NCBI GenBank assembly: GCA_903827265.1 | Contig: CAIKHN010000004.1 | Span: 40,067 to 104,066 of the forward strand | Direction: 5' to 3' | Length of the DNA: 64,000 nucleotides | Source of the DNA: Candidatus Uhrbacteria bacterium | GTDB lineage: Bacteria; Patescibacteriota; Patescibacteriia; UBA9934 | Shown here: positions 57,349 to 64,000 of the stretch, piece by piece | Layout: every line of letters begins with the position of its first letter | How positions within the stretch are numbered: the first letter of the stretch is position 1 | Made by a program: the position numbers and the translations under genes | The notes under the pieces: model-generated | The model's input: only the letters and a program-made list of their open reading frames with translations | Database searches by the model: none | Told to the model about the DNA's origin: nothing

Positions 57349-58275
57349 TTACGTGTTGAATGAATACAGCTCCAACGTGTGCCGTGCATTCGGCTCAATC
57401 GGCAGCTCGGTTAATGCCTGTTTCACCGGCATCCAAATATAATCTTGGGCTTCTTCGTTCAAAACAACACGACGAGAGTCGACGCGGACGACGTTGTCGA
57501 CGAAAAGGTGTTGGGTGCTTGTGTTATAGTAGCCGGAATTTCGGATTTGATCGAAGGTACAAATATGTTTGCCAACGAGGCCGTCGAGGCCCGTCTCTTC
57601 TTTTACCTCCCGCCGAAGCGCATCATTCACTCGTTCACGTCGGCGAACTTTTCCACCAACAATCGAAAACCGATGACCCCACTTGTGCGTTTTCACCAAA
57701 AGAACCTCACGTTCGTTGCCTCGAGGATCCGCGTACTCGATAATTGCTCCCGCCGTCACTACTGATCCTGGAATCATCAGCTGTTTCCAAAGTCGATCGA
57801 GCTTTGAATCGATCATCGATATCATCGCTGGGAACCTTCCGTGTTTCACGATGTATTCTGCAAGGTTCGCCGCACTCCACACTGCGTTCTCACCGATGTA
57901 CGCCGGGTGATCGACAGGTTTCGATGAAAAGAAACACGGAACATTTGTCGCCTGAGCAATACCGAGTTCATACGACGCACTCTTCCCAATGTATCCGCCA
58001 GGATTCACAAAATAACTAAACCCGTTCTCGCCGAGGTTACGTAGATTCTGCAGATACATGAGCTCGATCAATCGCGGATCGAACTGTTCCTCGCCTTTAA
58101 AAAACAAAAACCCGTCTTCCTCCTTCACAATTCCGCTCATCTGCGGTGCCAACACCTCAATTCCTGCGCTCTGAAAAAACTCCATCGCCTCCCCCATTTC
58201 GCGAAGATGTTTGCGCAGCGATCCATGAATTACACAGCGAAATCGATGAGCCATATACACCACATTTACATCCAC
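57349..58275 (-). CDS. two-domain protein: N-terminal Rossmann-like domain (possibly nucleoside 2-deoxyribosyltransferase-like) fused to C-terminal NUDIX hydrolase
   Basis: Nudix box GGKVRRRERVNDALRREVKEETGL; N-terminal 150 aa of unknown fold. Confidence 0.7.
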   Translation of the reverse strand: MDVNVVYMAHRFRCVIHGSLRKHLREMGEAMEFFQSAGIEVLAPQMSGIVKEEDGFLFFKGEEQFDPRLIELMYLQNLRNLGENGFSYFVNPGGYIGKSASYELGIAQATNVPCFFSSKPVDHPAYIGENAVWSAANLAEYIVKHGRFPAMISMIDSKLDRLWKQLMIPGSVVTAGAIIEYADPRGNEREVLLVKTHKWGHRFSIVGGKVRRRERVNDALRREVKEETGLDGLVGKHICTFDQIRNSGYYNTSTQHLFVDNVVRVDSRRVVLNEEAQDYIWMPVKQALTELPIEPNARHTLELYSFNT

Positions 58276-59681
58276 CGAATCTCATTGGCAATCCATTCCT
58301 GAATCTCCTCCTTCGTCTTCCCTTCATCATCCCTCAACCGATCTGCCTCGCGAATAATCTCCCCCATCTTCGGCCCTGGTTCGATTCCGAGTGCGACGAG
58401 CTCAGCGCCGGTGATGGCATGCGGTGCTGGCCCAGTGAGAACATCAAGCTTCGATGCACGGTCGAGCAGCCATTGGCGCTCGGGATATTCTCGCCTTTCA
58501 CCGTGCCGCCATTGTCCACGACCAAAATAATCGGCCTCCGCAACAAGCAATAATTCATTCATCGTCGCCGGCGCAATACGAGCCGCGAGCTTACGAATCG
58601 CACCATCGGTGATCGGCTGATTCTTCTCCGTCTCCTGCAAGTAGTAATTCGTTGGCTTCAAATGATCTTTCACGATACCGACAATCTTCTCAACCACCGT
58701 CGATGAAACGCCAACCGTTTTCAAAAACAATCTCGCCGGTGCCTCGCCTGCCTCTTCGTGACCGATCGACCGAATCTTTCCATCGATGACTCGCGTACAC
58801 AGCGCCTTGCCGAGGTCGTGCACCAATGCTCCGAGCATAATCGTAAAACTCGATTCTTCATCAATCCCTTCTCGACGCATAATCGCAGCAGCTTCATCAA
58901 CAACCATTAGCGTATGAATCCATACATCGCCTTCCGAATGCCATTCTGGGTTCTGCGAAGTCGCCTTCAAGATCGACAGCTCGGGATGCAATACATCAAA
59001 CACACCAAGATCGAATCCAAGCTGAAGACCGATTGATGGCTTCCCTGCGAGCACCAAAAGTTTTCGCCATTCGTCGCGCAATCGTTCCGGTGAAAGCTCT
59101 TTCAATCGCGACACCGTCGCCTTCATGGCATTCATCGATTCTGAATCGACGACGAGTTCGAAACGCGCCGCAAACTGCAGCGCACGCAAAACGCGCAACG
59201 GATCGTCGCCGAATAATTCGGAATCGACCACGCGCAGAATCTTCTTCTCAAGATCAGCAACGCCGCCAGCTGGATCGATAACTTCATCCGTTAACGGATC
59301 CATCATGATGGCATTGATCGTGAAGTCTCGGCGGTGAACCGCATCATTCGGACTCATCGATGGGTCAACGTGCACGTCGAATCCTTTGTGACCATCGGCG
59401 ACTTTCGAATCGGAACGTGGGATACCGAGATCGATTTCGAAATCACCAACTCGCAGCTTCAAAATCCCAAATGCTCTTCCTACTTCGATTACTTCTCCAA
59501 ACGTCTTTGCGAGCTCGGTAAGTTTTTCTGGCGCCAAGCCATACACTTCAATATCAAAATCCTTCGGCTCGACGTTGAGCAATATGTCGCGCACACATCC
59601 ACCCACCAAAAGCGCTCGACCGCCGGCGTCGCGGATAGATTCAGAAAGGGTTGTAATAATTGGAGGGATATTCTTGGTCAT
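58266..59681 (-). CDS. cca: CCA-adding tRNA nucleotidyltransferase with C-terminal HD domain
   Basis: GGCVRD...DFDIEV polymerase-beta head motif, HD motif (HDLGK); start MTKNIPP (ORF opens 59705). Confidence 0.85.
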   Translation of the reverse strand: MTKNIPPIITTLSESIRDAGGRALLVGGCVRDILLNVEPKDFDIEVYGLAPEKLTELAKTFGEVIEVGRAFGILKLRVGDFEIDLGIPRSDSKVADGHKGFDVHVDPSMSPNDAVHRRDFTINAIMMDPLTDEVIDPAGGVADLEKKILRVVDSELFGDDPLRVLRALQFAARFELVVDSESMNAMKATVSRLKELSPERLRDEWRKLLVLAGKPSIGLQLGFDLGVFDVLHPELSILKATSQNPEWHSEGDVWIHTLMVVDEAAAIMRREGIDEESSFTIMLGALVHDLGKALCTRVIDGKIRSIGHEEAGEAPARLFLKTVGVSSTVVEKIVGIVKDHLKPTNYYLQETEKNQPITDGAIRKLAARIAPATMNELLLVAEADYFGRGQWRHGERREYPERQWLLDRASKLDVLTGPAPHAITGAELVALGIEPGPKMGEIIREADRLRDDEGKTKEEIQEWIANEIRWM

Positions 59682-59683
59682 AA

Positions 59684-60175
59684 TTATTTCACCGCGCCGC
59701 ACCAAGCAATCGCGAGAGCATCGGCCGCGTCGTCGATTTTCGGTGCTTTCTTGAGGTCGAAAACTACCTTCACCATATCCTGCATCTGCCGCTTATCCGC
59801 CTTCCCGTATCCCGTCAACGCTAACTTTACCGCATTTGGCTTCACCTCGACTACTTCGAGACCAGCTTCGGCGCCAAGGAGGAAAATTACGCCTCGCACC
59901 TCGGCCACCTTCAGCGCCGTCGTCGTGCTCTTCGCAAAGAAGAGCTCTTCGATCACCAACCTCACCGGTTTATACTTTCCAATTACTCCGCGAACATCAG
60001 CCGCAATTTCCAAAAGTCGCTCTGGCATACTCAACCCCTTCTCTGTCGTAATCACTCCATACGTCACCGCTATCGGTTTCCCTCGCACAACATCAATAAT
60101 CGCATACCCGAGTCTGCCGTAACCTGGATCGATGCCGAGGATTCGCATATCGAGGCTATGGTAACATGCCAACAT
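59684..60175 (-). CDS. ruvC: Holliday junction resolvase RuvC
   Basis: MRILGIDPGYGRLGYAI catalytic Asp, 163 aa. Confidence 0.9.
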   Translation of the reverse strand: MLACYHSLDMRILGIDPGYGRLGYAIIDVVRGKPIAVTYGVITTEKGLSMPERLLEIAADVRGVIGKYKPVRLVIEELFFAKSTTTALKVAEVRGVIFLLGAEAGLEVVEVKPNAVKLALTGYGKADKRQMQDMVKVVFDLKKAPKIDDAADALAIAWCGAVK

Positions 60176-60179
60176 CGCT

Positions 60180-60797
60180 ATGAACCCTTTTGAAAAACCT
60201 CCAAGAAAAGTATTGCCATTTTCAAGGAAAGAATCTGCTCCTCAAGAGCCCGATACTCCTCCAGTCGATCATGAAGAGTTGATTGATTTTGCCGCTGCGA
60301 AAACACAAAGAGCACCGAACCAAAACAATCCCATCCTCGAGCACCTTTCGGATCGTTACGTTGATCACCGCAGCTGCCCTGAAGACTTTGCGCTATACCT
60401 TGAACAGCCAAAATCGCCGCTTCCCGAATGCACCCAGTACATTCGCGGCGTACTCATTGAGAGAAAGAGCGCATCGCAACACATTTCTCTCGCAACCGCG
60501 GCACAGGAGCTTGATACAGAGCTTCTCACAGACTGCGCGCTCTCAGGCATGACGAAAGATGATTTCCATCTCCTGAAAAAGCTTCCAAAAGCTGAGGCCG
60601 ATGCATGCCTAGAGAAAGCCTACGCAAAAGCGATGGCACAATACGGGTCACAATTTCCATTCGCGAGTCCAACCCTGTTCCACGCATTCATAGAGCTTGA
60701 TGCACTCTTCGCAAAGCAGCAAGTTCCAGCAGCACCCGCGTCTCAAAAATTCTCACTCCAATCACTCGCGACATTCTTCAAGAACCTTTTCTCCTAA
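60180..60797 (+). CDS. hypothetical protein (205 aa)
   Basis: ORF with protein-like composition; bidirectional terminator AAACCCGAGGCGTGAGCCCCGGGTTTTTTT at 60801-60832. Confidence 0.5.
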   Translation: MNPFEKPPRKVLPFSRKESAPQEPDTPPVDHEELIDFAAAKTQRAPNQNNPILEHLSDRYVDHRSCPEDFALYLEQPKSPLPECTQYIRGVLIERKSASQHISLATAAQELDTELLTDCALSGMTKDDFHLLKKLPKAEADACLEKAYAKAMAQYGSQFPFASPTLFHAFIELDALFAKQQVPAAPASQKFSLQSLATFFKNLFS

Positions 60798-60800
60798 CAA

Positions 60801-60832
60801 AAAACCCGAGGCGTGAGCCCCGGGTTTTTTTG
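60801..60832. terminator. bidirectional rho-independent terminator between hypothetical gene and rpoC
   Basis: A-tract, hairpin, T-tract. Confidence 0.75.
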
Positions 60833-60837
60833 GAGAA

Positions 60838-63800
60838 CTATTCTCCTGCTGCTTCTGCTTTTTCTTCTGCGCTTGCTTCCTTACCCATGGCCGGGCCGGT
60901 TGCTGCGATTTCTGCCTCAAGTTCAGAGGTAACCGTTGGCGTTGCCATCGCGACTTCTTCAAAGCTTTCCATTTCCGGCAAAGCGTCTTCAAGTCCGAAT
61001 CCTGTTCCCGCTGGAATAAGGCGACCGATGATGACGTTTTCTTTAAGTCCCTGAAGTTCGTCGATCTTTCCAGTGACTGCTGCGCCAATAAGCACACGAG
61101 CCGTCTCCTGGAAGGATGCGCTCGAGAGCCAGCTTTCGGTCGAAAGCGAGACCTTCGTCACACCAAGGAGCAAGTCTTCGTATTCTGCAAGCTTGCCGTC
61201 CTTTGCAAAGGCCTTGTCCTGTTCATCGAGGAGTGTTGCACGTTCGATGACTTCACCTGGCAACAAATCGGTATCGTTCGGGTTCAACACGCGAACGCGG
61301 CTGAACATCTGGCGAACAATAACCTCGATGTGCTTGTTGTTGAGCTTCTGTCCTTGCGAAGCGTAGATGAATTGGATTTCCTTTGAGAGGTAACGCTGCA
61401 CGGCGTCGCGTCCCTTTGCTGCAAAGAGCGCTTGCAAGTCCAAGTGACCATCGGTAAGCGCATCTCCAGCCGTGACTTCATCACCATCCTTAATGTACAT
61501 GGTGTAACCCTGCGGAATGATGTACTCGCGGATCTTTTCACCTTCGTGGACAACGGTAACCGACGTCTTTCCGACAGCCTTCACCACACCCTTCACGTCA
61601 GATGTGATCTTTTCGCCGTCGACCTTTGCGCCAAGCACGTCGCCTTCACGAACGTTGTCACCTTCTACAACCTTCATCTTGGCACCACGACCGAGCATGA
61701 AGACCTTTTCATCGACCGCAAGGTGACGAACCTTCACAATCTTCTGTCCTGGCATTGCGTCCATCATCTTCTTTCCGGTTCCCGCCTGGACAATGGTGCG
61801 TTCTGCTTTTTCAATTTCTACCTTACCCGCAACTTCGGTCATGATTGCCTTTCGTTTTGGCAAACGTGCCTCAAACAATTCTTCGACACGTGGCAAACCT
61901 TGCGTAATGTCTTTTCCTGCCACACCTCCAGTGTGGAACGTACGCATGGTGAGCTGTGTTCCAGGTTCACCAATGGACTGCGCGGCCATAATACCGACTG
62001 CAACACCTGGCTTTACCATCTTGTTGTGCGCCAAGTCGTATCCGTAACACTTCATACAGACACCGCGGCGAACGCGGCAGGTCATAACAGAGCGTACGTG
62101 CGCCTCGAGCAATTCTTTGCCGGTCGCCTTAATAGCACGAGTGTGAACCTCAGTAATAAGGTCGCCTGCCTTCACAACAGCCTTCTTCTCGCCAGGAACC
62201 TTAATGTCAGAGAGTGCGACACGACCCAAGATACGAATCAAGAGTGGCTCGCCAATTTCGTCGGATTCTTCCTTTGTCAGCAACACACCCTTATCGTCGC
62301 CACAGTCTTCCTCGCGAACAACAACATCCTGTGCCACGTCGACCAAACGACGGGTGAGGTATCCAGCGTTAGCGGTACGAAGAGCGGTGTCGGTCAAACC
62401 CTTACGTGTACCGTGTGACGAGATGAAGAACTCAAGCACCGAGACTCCTTCTTTGAACGAAGACTTCACCGGAAGTTCGATAATGTCTCCAGAAGGTGAC
62501 GATTTCAAACCAATCATACCGATCATCTGCGTGAGCTGGCCCCATGCACCACGAGCACCAGATTCAATCATGGTGTACGCAGAGCTTTCGTGTGGAAGCG
62601 AGTCCTTACTGATGTCCGCGATGCGGTCCTTAATTTCGGTCCAGATCTTAATGATTTGTGTGTGACGCTCGCTCTGGGTGAGCAAACCTTGGCCGAAGTA
62701 ATCTTCAACCTCACGCACACGCTTATCGCCTTCCGCAACCAATGCCGGTTTTTCCTTAAGAGTTGGCAAACCTGCCATTGCCCAAGAGTATCCAGAGAGC
62801 GTTGCGTACTTGAATCCGAGATCCTTCAGGTTGTCCAAGATTCCTGCAGTGAATTCCTGACCGTGGAACTCCAACGTGTCGCGAATGATGTTTGCGAGCT
62901 GTTTCTTTCCGAGAATTTCGTTCTGGAAACCGATGCTCGATGGGAACTGCTGGTTGATGAGAATACGTCCTGGAGTCGTGACCAGCATCTTGCCATCTTT
63001 ACGAATACGGATCCATGTTTGTGGCGTGATCTTTCCTTCGCCCATGGCGTACAACACTTCGTCGTCGTCCACGAATGTTTTCAACGTCTTCTCATCTGGT
63101 TCAGTATCGACGCTCGTCAAATAGAATGACGCCCATGCGATATCTTTTCCTGGCGTTGCCACAGGTCCTCCGAATGAAGGCTTCAGCAAGTTACGAATAG
63201 AGAGCATGAGTTCTTCAGCTTCCTTCTTTGCCTCAGTGGTGAGTGGCACGTGAACTGCCATCTGGTCTCCGTCGAAGTCAGCGTTATACGCGTCACAGAC
63301 GAGTGGATGGATTTGAATTGCCTTTCCTTCAATGAGCGTTGGACGGAACGCCTGAATACCCAAACGGTGAAGTGTTGGAGCACGGTTCAACAAGACGTAC
63401 GAGTCTGCAACAACTTCTTCCAAGATATCCCAAACTTCTGGGCGATCAGATTCCAAGAAACGGTTTGCAGAACGAATGTTGTGCACGTATTCGCGAGCAA
63501 TAAGCTTACTAATCACGAATGGACGGAACAACTCGAGCGCCATCTTCTTTGGAATACCGCACTGATGAAGCTTGAGGTGCGGACCGACGACAATAACCGA
63601 ACGACCAGAATAGTCGATACGCTTACCGAGCAAGTTCTGACGGAAACGACCTTGCTTACCCTTCAAAATATCGGCGAGCGACTTCAACTGACGCTTCTTT
63701 CCAGTTGCGGCAATAACCGTTTTGCTCTGACGTGCGCTGTTGTCGATGAGTGCGTCGACCGCCTCCTGCAACATGCGCTTTTCGTTACGCGTAATAACTT

Positions 63801-64000
63801 CTGGAGCGTTCAGCGCATACAAACGGCGCAAGCGATTGTTGCGGTTAATAACGCGGCGGTACAAGTCGTTCAAGTCTGACGTTGCAAAACGACCACCATC
63901 AAGTGGCACCATTGGACGCAAGTCTGGCGGGATCACTGGAAGCGTACGCAAGACCATCCACTGTGGAGCAATCGTGTTCTTCTCAAGGCTCTTAAAGAGC
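60838..64000 (-). CDS. rpoC: DNA-directed RNA polymerase subunit beta' (C-terminal about 1050 aa; gene continues beyond window end)
   Basis: [15 protein letters not shown] catalytic motif, trigger loop, clamp regions; no start codon inside window. Confidence 0.95.
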   Translation of the reverse strand, partial: LFKSLEKNTIAPQWMVLRTLPVIPPDLRPMVPLDGGRFATSDLNDLYRRVINRNNRLRRLYALNAPEVITRNEKRMLQEAVDALIDNSARQSKTVIAATGKKRQLKSLADILKGKQGRFRQNLLGKRIDYSGRSVIVVGPHLKLHQCGIPKKMALELFRPFVISKLIAREYVHNIRSANRFLESDRPEVWDILEEVVADSYVLLNRAPTLHRLGIQAFRPTLIEGKAIQIHPLVCDAYNADFDGDQMAVHVPLTTEAKKEAEELMLSIRNLLKPSFGGPVATPGKDIAWASFYLTSVDTEPDEKTLKTFVDDDEVLYAMGEGKITPQTWIRIRKDGKMLVTTPGRILINQQFPSSIGFQNEILGKKQLANIIRDTLEFHGQEFTAGILDNLKDLGFKYATLSGYSWAMAGLPTLKEKPALVAEGDKRVREVEDYFGQGLLTQSERHTQIIKIWTEIKDRIADISKDSLPHESSAYTMIESGARGAWGQLTQMIGMIGLKSSPSGDIIELPVKSSFKEGVSVLEFFISSHGTRKGLTDTALRTANAGYLTRRLVDVAQDVVVREEDCGDDKGVLLTKEESDEIGEPLLIRILGRVALSDIKVPGEKKAVVKAGDLITEVHTRAIKATGKELLEAHVRSVMTCRVRRGVCMKCYGYDLAHNKMVKPGVAVGIMAAQSIGEPGTQLTMRTFHTGGVAGKDITQGLPRVEELFEARLPKRKAIMTEVAGKVEIEKAERTIVQAGTGKKMMDAMPGQKIVKVRHLAVDEKVFMLGRGAKMKVVEGDNVREGDVLGAKVDGEKITSDVKGVVKAVGKTSVTVVHEGEKIREYIIPQGYTMYIKDGDEVTAGDALTDGHLDLQALFAAKGRDAVQRYLSKEIQFIYASQGQKLNNKHIEVIVRQMFSRVRVLNPNDTDLLPGEVIERATLLDEQDKAFAKDGKLAEYEDLLLGVTKVSLSTESWLSSASFQETARVLIGAAVTGKIDELQGLKENVIIGRLIPAGTGFGLEDALPEMESFEEVAMATPTVTSELEAEIAATGPAMGKEASAEEKAEAAGE

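Noticed and set aside
61432-63879. ORFs antisense to rpoC
   Set aside because: rpoC is unambiguous.

Overview
This is a gene-dense bacterial chromosome segment with a background GC of about 50% and short intergenic regions. It fits a Patescibacteria (CPR)-like organism. The evidence is RNase Y, a short 4-domain S1, a compact SMC, and a 16S rRNA that carries GCCAGCAGCAGCGG instead of the near-universal GCCAGCAGCCGCGG at the 515 site and has no 23S gene downstream. Many genes have a -10 box only 6-10 nt upstream of ATG, which suggests leaderless mRNAs.

Core content I can support:
- Translation and RNA processing: adk, truB, rny, hup, rnc, nusB, rpmF, gyrA, rpsA, ftsH, rsmE, tsaE, tsaD, rnhB, tag, trmD, a KH-domain protein, rpsP, nrnA, cca, ruvC, and the C-terminal part of rpoC running off the window end.
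- A complete suf cluster on the minus strand (sufB, sufD, sufS, sufU, sufC), plus clpP, sodA and smc.
- A copper locus: copA plus an HMA-permease-cupredoxin fusion protein.
- An Hsp20-VanW operon, a PilB ATPase with an adjacent membrane protein, a NUDIX fusion protein, and a split PEP-utilizing (RPH-like) dikinase pair.
- One 16S rRNA and six tRNAs (Arg-TCG, Lys-CTT, Glu-TTC, Pro-TGG, Phe-GAA, Ile-GAT, Gly-TCC), all with encoded CCA.

Unusual structure:
- At least eight single-gene or two-gene segments with clearly elevated GC (about 58-65%) encoding hypothetical proteins, each ending in a strong GC-stem hairpin.
- A 3' fragment of tRNA-Glu duplicated 190 bp away, which looks like an att-like integration scar.
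- A 192-bp MITE-like element with perfect 31-bp terminal inverted repeats.
- A 34-nt perfect palindrome upstream of a 39-aa membrane ORF and sufB, with a related 26-nt palindrome downstream of sodA.
- A 37-nt exact repeat (an SD-containing hairpin) present in the tsaD-tsaE spacer and, inverted, inside sufS.
- A CIRCE-like HrcA operator overlapping the clpP promoter.
- A protein-coding gene sitting between the 16S rRNA and tRNA-Ile.

No CRISPR array, transposase, integrase or reverse transcriptase is visible.
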